From the NCBI GenBank assembly GCA_963675245.1, contig OY775910.1, positions 192,001 to 256,000 of the forward strand: a stretch of DNA of 64,000 nucleotides, in the 5' to 3' direction. Each line of letters opens with the position of its first letter. The first letter of the stretch is position 1. Shown here one piece after another: positions 1 through 9,103 of this stretch. The notes beneath the pieces were generated by a model. The model worked only from the letters and a program-made list of their open reading frames with translations, searched no databases and was not told the DNA's origin. The stretch comes from Acholeplasmataceae bacterium (GTDB taxonomy: Bacteria; Bacillota_I; Bacilli_A; Acholeplasmatales; Acholeplasmataceae). A program made the position numbers and the translations under genes.

Positions 1-907
1 TGAAATAGCAAAATACGCTATCGAAAGAAACATTAATGTCGTGTTAGAAAAACCTATGACTGTGTCCTTGAAAGAAGCGAAAGAACTTGTTGCACTAGCT
101 GAAGAAAAAGGTGTTGTTGCAGCCATTAATTTCCATAATCGTTTATATCCCGCGACTGCATATATTAAAAAGGAAATAGAAAAGGGCACTTATGGTGATA
201 TATTTTCTATGCAGGGCGTATACATTCAAGATTGGTTATTTTATCAAACAGACTACTCTTGGCGTTTAGTATCTGAAACATCTGGTAAGACGAGAGCGGT
301 TGCTGATATTGGAAGCCATTGGTTAGACTTGATGGAATATATGACAGGTCATAAAATCACTGAAGTACTTGCAGAGTTTAAAACGGTTTATGACACAAGA
401 AAAAAAGCAACAAAGCCATTAGAAACTTTTACAAAAGCAACATCTGATATGACATATGAAGATGTCCCCATTGATACAGAAGATATCGCAACCATTACTT
501 TTAGAACTGACAAAGGTGCATTAGGCAATGCATATATTAGTCAAATGGTAGCCGGTAAGAAAAATAGAATCAATGTTCTTCTGTCCGGTACGAAACACTC
601 TATTGAATGGCGTTTAGAAGATTTAGAAAACGTTGTTGTTGGTAGCAGAGATGAAGGTAATATTTATATTCCTAAGGATGCACAAATGATGCCCGATGTG
701 AAGAGTCAAATCGATTATCCATCAGGACATACTGAAGGATTTCCGGATGCCTTTAAACAAGCATTTAAGCAAATCTATTACAAAGCATCACATCCATCAT
801 ATCAACCACTCTTTGCTGAGTTCAAAGATGGCTTAAGAATGATGTTACTAGATGAAAAGATTTATGAATCAGCAAAAGCAAGAAAGTGGGTTAAGATTAA
901 TGAATGA
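1..907 (+). CDS. Gfo/Idh/MocA family oxidoreductase (5' end outside window)
   Basis: EKP motif, DIGSHWLD catalytic motif, C-terminal GHTEGFPD; frame is open back to the window edge and the Rossmann N-terminus is missing. Confidence 0.9.
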   Translation, partial: EIAKYAIERNINVVLEKPMTVSLKEAKELVALAEEKGVVAAINFHNRLYPATAYIKKEIEKGTYGDIFSMQGVYIQDWLFYQTDYSWRLVSETSGKTRAVADIGSHWLDLMEYMTGHKITEVLAEFKTVYDTRKKATKPLETFTKATSDMTYEDVPIDTEDIATITFRTDKGALGNAYISQMVAGKKNRINVLLSGTKHSIEWRLEDLENVVVGSRDEGNIYIPKDAQMMPDVKSQIDYPSGHTEGFPDAFKQAFKQIYYKASHPSYQPLFAEFKDGLRMMLLDEKIYESAKARKWVKINE

Positions 908-1823
908 TATGAGAATTGGCTTGCATAGTGCCATACTACCTGATCAAAGCTTTGAAGAAGTGATTGATATATGCGAAAAAAAAGGATTTCAGTCTGTTGA
1001 AGTTTGTGTTTGGCCACAAGGCAAATCAGAAAGACGATATGCTGGTGTCTCACATCTAGATGTTGAAAACCATGATCCATCTTATATTAAATATATTTTA
1101 TCTTATGCAAAAACCCATAATGTCGATATTGTAGCATTGGGTTACTATCCAAATCCTTTAGATCCTAATCAAGAAAAAAGTGAAGTTGCTATAAACCACA
1201 TTCTAAAAGTTATTGAATTTGCTCATCTTCTAGGTGTCAACCGTGTATCTACATTTGTTGGTAAAGACCCATCAAAGTCTGTTGAAGATAATATGGAGAG
1301 TTTCAAAAAAGTGTGGCCAAAGATTATTGATTATGCAGCATCTCTAAATGTATGGGTGGGTATAGAAAACTGCCCTATGTATTTCACTAAAAATGAATGG
1401 CCAGGTGGTGCGAATCTCGCCAGTTCTCCAAAAATTTGGGAAGATATGTTTAACATAATTCCTTCTAAATATTTTGGTCTTTCATATGATCCATCACACT
1501 TAAATTTCCAAGGTATGGATTATATTAAACCACTTCACCAATTTAAAGATCGCATTCATCATTTGCATATAAAAGATACACTTGTCGATCAAGAAAAACT
1601 TGATCAAGTCGGTATATTTGCATATCCTCTGGATTACATGGCACCAAAGATTCCCGGTAAAGGAACAATTAACTGGAAAGTCTTTCTAGAGCATGTTCAA
1701 TCTACTGGATATCATGAAGGTATTGTTATCGAAATCGAAGACAAAGATTATGAACATACATTTGAAGATGTTTTAACATCCCTACATTTATCTATAAGTC
1801 ATATAAAACATCAATTGACATAA
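900..1823 (+). CDS. Xylose-isomerase-like TIM-barrel sugar phosphate isomerase/epimerase
   Basis: Metal-binding motifs GIENCPM, YDPSH, HLHIKD, IEIED; start moved to ATG 900, overlapping the upstream stop. Confidence 0.85.
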   Translation: MNDMRIGLHSAILPDQSFEEVIDICEKKGFQSVEVCVWPQGKSERRYAGVSHLDVENHDPSYIKYILSYAKTHNVDIVALGYYPNPLDPNQEKSEVAINHILKVIEFAHLLGVNRVSTFVGKDPSKSVEDNMESFKKVWPKIIDYAASLNVWVGIENCPMYFTKNEWPGGANLASSPKIWEDMFNIIPSKYFGLSYDPSHLNFQGMDYIKPLHQFKDRIHHLHIKDTLVDQEKLDQVGIFAYPLDYMAPKIPGKGTINWKVFLEHVQSTGYHEGIVIEIEDKDYEHTFEDVLTSLHLSISHIKHQLT

Positions 1824-1848
1824 CTTCTTCTTTCTCCCTATGGAAGAC

Positions 1849-1882
1849 GGACAAGGGTCCCCTGCCCTTGTCCATTTTTTTT
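1849..1882 (+). terminator. Intrinsic terminator
   Basis: GGACAAGGG-N7-CCCTTGTCC followed by a T-run. Confidence 0.85.
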
Positions 1883-1908
1883 AAAAAAAAGCCACAGCGA
1901 TTGTGGCT
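1883..1908 (-). terminator. Intrinsic terminator of GH65 gene
   Basis: AGCCACA-N5-TGTGGCT with a T-run on the minus strand. Confidence 0.8.
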
Positions 1909-4144
1909 ATTTCAAATGAATGGTTTTATGATCTTTTATCTCAATAATCTCATCATAGATAAGTATATCAATTGGTTTATTCACTTTTATGGATAAGGTC
2001 TTAGTCGTCAATGTTATCCATAAAATGACACCTTGATAAACAATTCTAGTTTTAATATGTGTTAACTCTGTTTGAGAGACAGGATTTAGAATAAGCTTAT
2101 CACCAAATCTTAAACCAAATAACCCGTAAACAATCATCATGTAGCTACCACCTAAATTAGCAATATGAAGACCGTGTTGTGTTCTATTATGACTATCTCT
2201 GAAATCTAAATCGATAACTCTCTTTAAATAATCAAATCCAAACTCATGATTACCAATCATATAAGCAGCAATACCAAATGCAGTACGTGATAACGAAGAA
2301 TCATGTGTTGTTCTTTTAATGTAGTAGTCAAATGTGTTTTTAAATGTATCTGTCACTTTATCTCCTAATAAAACAGGGGCTAATATCGCATCTGCCTGTT
2401 TGGAGACTTGCATACGGTAAATATCAAGAGGATGTCTGCTTAATAATAACGGTAATTCTTCTGGCGTTAATAAATCAAGTGGTAATGCTTTTTTATGCAT
2501 GAATGAATCATCTTGTTCAATCACATTTAACTGATCATTAATCAGAAGCGTCATATGAGTGGTTGCTTTTTGCATGTCATCTAATTCATCTTGATCCATT
2601 CCAATGTTATGCATTAATTCATCTATTTCATCTGGATGGTTTTTTGTATAATCGATAATAAAATCGAAATGCATTTTTGCCATACGATTTGTATAATAAT
2701 TGTCATTGATGAGTGTTTTATATTCATCTGGACCTGTTACATTATATAAGTGAAAATTACCTGCATGATCAAATGTCCCCCATTCAAGGATGAAACGTGC
2801 CGTTTCTAAAATCACTTCCATACCATAACGTAGCATAAAACGAGTATCTTTAGTAGCAAGATAATAATTAATTAATGCATGTGCCACATCGCTATTGATA
2901 TGAATTTGTGCAGAACCTGCAGGATAATATGGTGACGCTTCTTCACCGTTAATCGTGCGCCAAGCAATTTTAGCACCATGTTTAATACCTAATAATCTAG
3001 CTTCTCTTCTTGACGCATCCAATGTTAAATACCGATACATTAAGATTTTCCTTGCTCGGTGTGGATTCGTTAAGATAAAGTAAGGTAACATATATATTTC
3101 TGCATCCCAAAAGTAATGGCCTTCATATCCAGTGCCAGTTATGCCTTTTGCCGCTATATGTGTCGCATGATGTCTACCGGCATTTAAATTGAGTTGATAT
3201 ATATTATAATGCAGTGCTTGTTCTAATTCTTTATGATTTAATTCTAAAGCTGAACGTTGCCAAAATGGTAGACGTGCTGTTTCTTCTTCTTTGACATACT
3301 GATCAAATGGAAAAACTAAATTAACAATCTTCTCAATTTGTCTTTCTGATGATCGTTGCAAAAATGATGATGTATAAAGCGTGTATTTTGTTATTTTAAA
3401 TGGTTTATTGCGTTCTAACTCAGTATGAATGACACCAACGATAGCGTCTTCTTCATAGCGATAATCAACAGGTTGGTCATGGATCATTGATACATTAATA
3501 CGTTGATGACTATGCGTTGTTTGTGCTTTTAAAAATGCAGCACCTTGCGTTACATCAATACTTCTTAAGATCAAATTTCTCCGTACATTAGGAAGTCTAG
3601 GATCAATATTTGTCACATATTTAACGGTTGGCATTCGTAAATAAGAATCTAACTGAAATGAGCCTTGATAGTTCGGTGATTCTATGGATAATTCAACCAC
3701 GATACTTAATCTGTTCGCAGTAACAAGTTTACGTTCTTTGATAATAAAGGTGTGATTATTTGTCGTTGTATAAATTGCTTTCCGATGAGACACACCTCGT
3801 TTCATATCAAGAGAACGTTCAAGATCAAGCAATTTTGCGTGTTTTAGATCAATATAACCATCATCTGTTTTAAGTTGAATCAATGATGTATCAGGAAGCG
3901 TAACGATGGCTTGTCCCACCTGTGGAAACCCTTTGTAGTTTTCTTCATAACGAAACGGATAGGTATTATAAATACCATTAATCAAGGTAATAGGAAAATG
4001 ATCATCCCCATATCCTTCCGTGAAATGTCCTCGTGTGCCTAACGTCCCATTTGCTAATGAAAAAATTGTTTCATCGCTTAAAAGATCGACGAGTTTAGTT
4101 CTATGGTTGCGTCTAATTGTAAATATTTGATCATCTCGTCTCAT
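1907..4144 (-). CDS. Glycoside hydrolase family 65 (disaccharide phosphorylase type)
   Basis: ETIFSLANG, YEGHYFWD, TGPDEY (catalytic Glu), KQAD, HDSSLS; start at ATG 4144 after GGAGG. Confidence 0.92.
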   Translation of the reverse strand: MRRDDQIFTIRRNHRTKLVDLLSDETIFSLANGTLGTRGHFTEGYGDDHFPITLINGIYNTYPFRYEENYKGFPQVGQAIVTLPDTSLIQLKTDDGYIDLKHAKLLDLERSLDMKRGVSHRKAIYTTTNNHTFIIKERKLVTANRLSIVVELSIESPNYQGSFQLDSYLRMPTVKYVTNIDPRLPNVRRNLILRSIDVTQGAAFLKAQTTHSHQRINVSMIHDQPVDYRYEEDAIVGVIHTELERNKPFKITKYTLYTSSFLQRSSERQIEKIVNLVFPFDQYVKEEETARLPFWQRSALELNHKELEQALHYNIYQLNLNAGRHHATHIAAKGITGTGYEGHYFWDAEIYMLPYFILTNPHRARKILMYRYLTLDASRREARLLGIKHGAKIAWRTINGEEASPYYPAGSAQIHINSDVAHALINYYLATKDTRFMLRYGMEVILETARFILEWGTFDHAGNFHLYNVTGPDEYKTLINDNYYTNRMAKMHFDFIIDYTKNHPDEIDELMHNIGMDQDELDDMQKATTHMTLLINDQLNVIEQDDSFMHKKALPLDLLTPEELPLLLSRHPLDIYRMQVSKQADAILAPVLLGDKVTDTFKNTFDYYIKRTTHDSSLSRTAFGIAAYMIGNHEFGFDYLKRVIDLDFRDSHNRTQHGLHIANLGGSYMMIVYGLFGLRFGDKLILNPVSQTELTHIKTRIVYQGVILWITLTTKTLSIKVNKPIDILIYDEIIEIKDHKTIHLK

Positions 4145-4187
4145 CTTTTCCTCCTTTAAAATAAAAATAGTCCTAACGACCACCTTT

Positions 4188-4216
4188 ATTATACCCTGTT
4201 TCTTGATTGACTTCAA
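4188..4216 (-). promoter_or_regulatory. Sigma-A type promoter of GH65 gene
   Basis: TTGAAG-N17-TATAAT. Confidence 0.65.
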
Positions 4217-4256
4217 ATGATTAAAAAGAGATACCCATTGGATATCTCAATCATTT

Positions 4257-5063
4257 TTACTCTTTAACAAAACTTCTATAACCTGCAGAAAGTTTTTTTG
4301 ATTGCTGTTTAGGTTCTAAATGTTTTGGTTGAAAAACCTTTAATATAATATATAGTAAACTGATAATTGTAAAACCTAATAAACCAGTCAATACCAAATA
4401 AATTGGATTTACAATAAAGTATCCACCTAGATTATATTCAACACCCCAATTAAAGAATAATTCAAGTGGTGTACCATGTTCTGGTTTAGTCGCATAAAAA
4501 TAATTAGAGGCTTCTCCTGTTGTAAGTAATAATACATTATTCATTACAAGTCCTAATCCATATAAGACAAAGACAATCACTAACGTTTGAGCATAGACCT
4601 TTTTGTTGAGTTTAACAAAACCATTTAAGTAAGCAAATAATGTAATGACAACGATTAAAATGTGACCAAAGATATAAGCACCACCTCGTAATGTCAATAT
4701 CGTTGAATAATTCTCTAAACTGTTTGCGAAAACGATAGACATCATGGCTGCTGGTAAATTAAACAGTGTTGCCAATCCGAAAAACGCTTTGCTATCTGTC
4801 ATAAATGCATAAAGCAATACAAAATTTGCAAAATGACAAATTTGCAGTGGTAATAATTCAAAATCAAATAACTGTCCATTTTTGAAAAAGATTTCTAAAT
4901 TTCTAAGCAGTAATATGATAACAGCGACGATACTTAAAACGACACCTATTTTTTTCTTTGATTGATAGGATTTTTTTCTTGTAAAAAAATAAAGAATTGC
5001 TGTTATTACGAATGGTGAAACCATAAATATATAATGACCAACATGCCACATCTCAAATGTCAT
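4257..5063 (-). CDS. YwaF/TMEM164-like integral membrane protein
   Basis: Multiple TM segments; LPLQICH, GH and NYFY motifs. Confidence 0.7.
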   Translation of the reverse strand: MTFEMWHVGHYIFMVSPFVITAILYFFTRKKSYQSKKKIGVVLSIVAVIILLLRNLEIFFKNGQLFDFELLPLQICHFANFVLLYAFMTDSKAFFGLATLFNLPAAMMSIVFANSLENYSTILTLRGGAYIFGHILIVVITLFAYLNGFVKLNKKVYAQTLVIVFVLYGLGLVMNNVLLLTTGEASNYFYATKPEHGTPLELFFNWGVEYNLGGYFIVNPIYLVLTGLLGFTIISLLYIILKVFQPKHLEPKQQSKKLSAGYRSFVKE

Positions 5064-5078
5064 ACTCTATAACCTCTA

Positions 5079-5384
5079 CTATGCCTTGTCTTCGAATATT
5101 TTTTGTTCTTCTAAACGAACTAATCGTGTTGTATTCTGTTGAATTTTTTGACTATTAACAACAACATTCAACACGAGCATCACAATCATATGTGATGTAA
5201 AAACACCCAGTATAACCAAGAAAAATAATAAGACAGATCTGAAATCTACTGCCATAAAGAAGCCAAAAATAGCAGTTCCAATTTCTGCAATAATGAGTAA
5301 GACGATTATGATTTTTACCCATGATATGTTTGTTGGATCGTAAAATTTTTCTGCTGATGATTTTCCCAAATAATCATTATTCAT
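5079..5384 (-). CDS. Small two-TM hypothetical membrane protein
   Basis: ORF with two hydrophobic helices. Confidence 0.65.
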   Translation of the reverse strand: MNNDYLGKSSAEKFYDPTNISWVKIIIVLLIIAEIGTAIFGFFMAVDFRSVLLFFLVILGVFTSHMIVMLVLNVVVNSQKIQQNTTRLVRLEEQKIFEDKA

Positions 5385-5432
5385 ATTCGTTTTTCTCTTA
5401 TCACAATATAATCATATGTCTATAATAACACG

Positions 5433-5470
5433 AAAAATAAAGCCATCCAAGTACTGGATGACTTTTTTTT
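5433..5470. terminator. Terminator after metQ
   Basis: AAAGCCATCCA-N5-TGGATGACTTT with flanking A/T runs. Confidence 0.75.
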
Positions 5471-5472
5471 AA

Positions 5473-6285
5473 TTATGCAGGGATGACACTTCCACCATAA
5501 TTGGTTGTAATGAAGTTTTGAATCGTTTCTGATGTTAACACTTGCAACAATGCTTGAATCTTAGGTAAGTTTTCTCTACCTTCTAAAACAGCGATAATGT
5601 TCACATAAGGATTATTATCTGGTGATTCAATGACTAATGCGTCTTCAAGTGGATTTAGTCCGCCAGTTAATGCGAAGTTACCATTAATGAATACCAAATC
5701 TCCTTGATCATTGTCATATGCACTGAATAATAATTCTGGATTAATTTGTTCGAATGCTAAATTTTTAGGATTTGATGTAATATCTTCAAGTGTTGCAGTT
5801 AATCGGTCAACTGATGAATCTAATGTGATGAGACCTTCATCTGCTAAGATAGATAAGAAACGACCATGATCAGATGTTGAATTTGAAATGATGACTGTTG
5901 CGTTATCGGGGACATCATCAAGTGATGCATGTCGATTAGAATAAAGGCCAAGTGGTTCAATATGAATACCTGCAACATTGACTAACTTTTTACCTTCTGC
6001 TGCTGTTGCATTATACGCATCAAAGAATGGTACATGTTGAAAATAATTTGCATCCGCTGATCCGTTTGCTACTGCAGGATTTGGTGTCGCATAATCTGAA
6101 ACAACTTCTACTTCTAACGTGTATCCTAATTCTGCTAATAATGGTCTTGCTTGTTCTAATACTTCAGCATGTGGTACTGCAGTAGCCACCACGTAAATGG
6201 TATGTTCATCATCGATTTTTGACTGACAAGCTGTTAATGATACCGCAATAAAAGCGATAAATAATAATGTAATCATTTTTTTCAT
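5473..6285 (-). CDS. metQ: Methionine ABC transporter substrate-binding lipoprotein
   Basis: Lipobox LTAC; PHAE, DANYFQH, NPYVN motifs. Confidence 0.92.
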   Translation of the reverse strand: MKKMITLLFIAFIAVSLTACQSKIDDEHTIYVVATAVPHAEVLEQARPLLAELGYTLEVEVVSDYATPNPAVANGSADANYFQHVPFFDAYNATAAEGKKLVNVAGIHIEPLGLYSNRHASLDDVPDNATVIISNSTSDHGRFLSILADEGLITLDSSVDRLTATLEDITSNPKNLAFEQINPELLFSAYDNDQGDLVFINGNFALTGGLNPLEDALVIESPDNNPYVNIIAVLEGRENLPKIQALLQVLTSETIQNFITTNYGGSVIPA

Positions 6286-6304
6286 TTTAATTTCTCCTTA
6301 TTTG

Positions 6305-6970
6305 TTAACTATGTTTGATGCGCTTTGTAATTTGGTCAGATATTAATTGAATGAGTAAAACAATCGCTAAGATAATCAAAACAGATACATATCCGGCAAG
6401 TTTTTTGTCAGTGCCACTATGGATTAAGAATATGACTGCTTGATCTGATAAACCACCACCACCGATTGCATTCGCTGCTGAGATAAATCCAATAAGTGTA
6501 ATCAGTGTGACGGTAAGACTTGAAATCATCGCGGGTAATGATTCAATGAATAATGTCCAAATAATTCTAAAAGTTGATGCCCCAAGTGCGCGAAGTGCTT
6601 CAACTTTTCCAAATGGAATATCTAATAATGCGTTATAAACCATACGTGCAAAGAATGGTGTTGCACTGACAATTAATGGTGGCAATGCCCCATTAGCACC
6701 TAACATTTGTCCATTCGTCAAAATCAATGTGACAGGAATCATCATAACGATCAATATGACAAACGGAATTGATCTGAACACATTAACGATACCTGATAAA
6801 ATTTGGTTAAGCACTAAAAGACTTTTTCGTTCTGTTAATCGTCTATCAGTTAAATACAATGTAAAACCGATAAGAAGACCGAATATCACAATAAAAAGTG
6901 CACTGATACCAATCATATAGAAGGTCTCTCCTAAGCCTTCTCTAATCATTCTTAGTTCATACGCTGTCAT
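6305..6970 (-). CDS. metI: Methionine ABC transporter permease
   Basis: RSIPFVIL, PFFAR, IGGGGL motifs; between metN and metQ. Confidence 0.92.
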   Translation of the reverse strand: MTAYELRMIREGLGETFYMIGISALFIVIFGLLIGFTLYLTDRRLTERKSLLVLNQILSGIVNVFRSIPFVILIVMMIPVTLILTNGQMLGANGALPPLIVSATPFFARMVYNALLDIPFGKVEALRALGASTFRIIWTLFIESLPAMISSLTVTLITLIGFISAANAIGGGGLSDQAVIFLIHSGTDKKLAGYVSVLIILAIVLLIQLISDQITKRIKHS

Positions 6971-7934
6971 AATGTGTCACATCGAGACCTTTATCTCTTA
7001 AGTGAGCTAAAGCTTCTTCGGTCTCCTTTCCGTTAATCTTGACATATAAATAACCGATTTTTGTGTCACCTATTTCTAAAACATGAGCATGAATAATGTT
7101 AAAGTCAACATCAAATTTTTTGGCGGTTTGACTTAACAATGCTGTTTCATTTGGATCGTGCTTATAAATCAATTCATATACATGTTTTTCATGTTTAATA
7201 TCAATGATAGGTTTAACAAGAGATGCAGCAATATCAGTTTTAGGATGCATAAAGACATCAACGATTTGTCCTTCTTCAATGATACTTCCTTCATGCATAA
7301 TCGCCACTTTATTACAGATCTTTCTAACAGCTTCAATTTGATGCGTAATCAATAAGATGGTTACATTTGTTTTTAATTGGATATCTTTTAATAACACTAA
7401 TATTTCATTGGCAGTTTTTAAATCTAATGCCGACGTCGCTTCATCACAAAGTAAATAATCTGGGTGATTTGCAATGGCTCTCGCAATCGCCACTCTTTGT
7501 TGTTGTCCACCTGATAATTCTGCTGGATACGCTTCTTTTTTATCTGTTAAACCTACTAATTCTAGTAACTCACGAATCCGTTCATCTTTATTCCCACTAT
7601 ATCCACCAATATCTAAAGCCAACTTAATATTTTGATAGACATCCAATTGTAAAAATAAATTAAAGTCTTGAAAAATCATACCGATCTTATGTCGCATTCG
7701 ATCGATGGCCTGTTTTTTCTGTTCGAAAAGATTGATATCATCAATAATAACCTCACCACCAGTAGGTTTCACTAATCCATTAATAATTCTTACAAGCGTT
7801 GATTTCCCTGCACCGCTATAACCTACAATTCCCAAAATATCACCGGTATTAACGGTTAAATTAACATCAGTTAAGGCATGAAATGCCTGATCTTTGGTAT
7901 GAAATGTTTTACTAATATGTTTTAATTCAATCAT
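6957..7934 (-). CDS. metN: Methionine ABC transporter ATP-binding protein
   Basis: GYSGAGKS, LSGGQ, LLCDEATSALD, C-terminal NIL-like domain; start at ATG 7934 after AAGGAG. Confidence 0.93.
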   Translation of the reverse strand: MIELKHISKTFHTKDQAFHALTDVNLTVNTGDILGIVGYSGAGKSTLVRIINGLVKPTGGEVIIDDINLFEQKKQAIDRMRHKIGMIFQDFNLFLQLDVYQNIKLALDIGGYSGNKDERIRELLELVGLTDKKEAYPAELSGGQQQRVAIARAIANHPDYLLCDEATSALDLKTANEILVLLKDIQLKTNVTILLITHQIEAVRKICNKVAIMHEGSIIEEGQIVDVFMHPKTDIAASLVKPIIDIKHEKHVYELIYKHDPNETALLSQTAKKFDVDFNIIHAHVLEIGDTKIGYLYVKINGKETEEALAHLRDKGLDVTHYDSV

Positions 7935-7949
7935 AAATACTCCTTTAAA

Positions 7950-7985
7950 AATAAAAAACAATCATTATCGTCGCGATAAGATTGT
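7950..7985 (-). terminator. Riboswitch expression-platform terminator
   Basis: ACAATCTTATCG-CGA-CGATAATGATTGT then T-run; its 5' arm TCTTATC can alternatively pair with GATGAGA of P1 (antiterminator). Confidence 0.85.
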
Positions 7986-7996
7986 ATCTACAAAAG

Positions 7997-8084
7997 TCTC
8001 ATCGCTTATAGCATTACCACCACATCTTAATGATAGGTTGGTAGGCGATCACAGAGCTATATCTCTCCCGCCTTCTTGATAAAA
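7997..8084 (-). ncRNA. SAM-I (S-box) riboswitch, P4-less variant
   Basis: TTATCAAGA..GGAGAG-ATATAG-CTC..GA..ACCAACC..GGTGGTAA..GATGAG upstream of metNIQ; P1, kink-turn P2, P3 and pseudoknot all pair. Confidence 0.92.
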
Positions 8085-8101
8085 AATATTTAGTTGACAG
8101 T

Positions 8102-8130
8102 ATTGTAACACTAAAAAATAAATATGTAAA
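8102..8130 (-). promoter_or_regulatory. Sigma-A promoter of SAM riboswitch/metNIQ
   Basis: TTTACA-N17-TACAAT with extended TG. Confidence 0.7.
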
Positions 8131-8139
8131 GTCTTTTTC

Positions 8140-9051
8140 TTAACTTTTTTCAGAAGTTAAAGCATCGACTTCTTCTATTTCCTTATTCGTTTCATCATAA
8201 TATTTTTTAAATAGCTTAAAGTAGCCTTTTGTACCTTCGTTAATGAAATCTGCAGAAATGCGATCATCGCCTAATAATTTCTTAAAAGGATACTTTCCAT
8301 TTACTCTAAATCCATTTATTACACCTGGTCTAATCGCGTCCACCGGACAGTTAACCACACACCCCATACACATGGTACAATCACCACCAAATGATGGGAT
8401 TCCTTTTTTCATTGTGATGTTATCTGTGGGGCATACCTTCACACATAATTCACAAGATGTACATATATCTTTTTTTGCATGAAATAAAGGACCATTTATC
8501 CATGCACCAAACCATTGAATTCTTAATAAGTACATGATAGGCAAATGTAGAAGATTGAACTTCATATGATGGTTTCTATTTTCACGTATATCATAAGCAA
8601 TCACTTTTGCCATGTCATGTGTATGTATATACATTTGTTTAGCTAATGAATCTTTATACTTAAACATGATGTTATAAGGCATTAATAAATGTCTGTCCAT
8701 CATCAGTGTATAGCCTTTTCGTTTCAATATTCTTGATAAAGCCCATGATGACACTTTATTAATGCCAAAAGGCTCACCAGATGTTTTAAATATAAATGCT
8801 CGCTTATGATTTACTATTGGTAATTTTTTGATTTGTCTTAAAAAGAATTGTGGTGCATTAAACGCGTGAATTGGATAACCAAATCCTATAATATCAAACG
8901 TATTCGGATCCTCAAGTTTCTCTTGATCGACCCTTATTTCCATAAGTTTCACAAAATAACCTGAAGCTTCAAGTTCGGTTTTAATTGCTTTAGCAGCTAT
9001 TCTCGTGTTCCCTGTACCTGTGAAATAATATATACCAACTTTTGACATCAT
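8140..9051 (-). CDS. EFR1-family flavodoxin/ferredoxin fusion
   Basis: YFTGTGNT flavodoxin motif plus two CxxCxxCxxxCP motifs. Confidence 0.88.
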   Translation of the reverse strand: MMSKVGIYYFTGTGNTRIAAKAIKTELEASGYFVKLMEIRVDQEKLEDPNTFDIIGFGYPIHAFNAPQFFLRQIKKLPIVNHKRAFIFKTSGEPFGINKVSSWALSRILKRKGYTLMMDRHLLMPYNIMFKYKDSLAKQMYIHTHDMAKVIAYDIRENRNHHMKFNLLHLPIMYLLRIQWFGAWINGPLFHAKKDICTSCELCVKVCPTDNITMKKGIPSFGGDCTMCMGCVVNCPVDAIRPGVINGFRVNGKYPFKKLLGDDRISADFINEGTKGYFKLFKKYYDETNKEIEEVDALTSEKS

Positions 9052-9103
9052 ATAACCTTCAATTGCTTTTATTATATCTTACCACTTAATCCAAAAATAG
9101 GCA

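Noticed and set aside
1849..1873. GGACAAGGG..CCCTTGTCC as a REP-like or IS-end element
   Set aside because: Only one copy noticed, no transposase in the window, and it has a T-tail typical of a terminator
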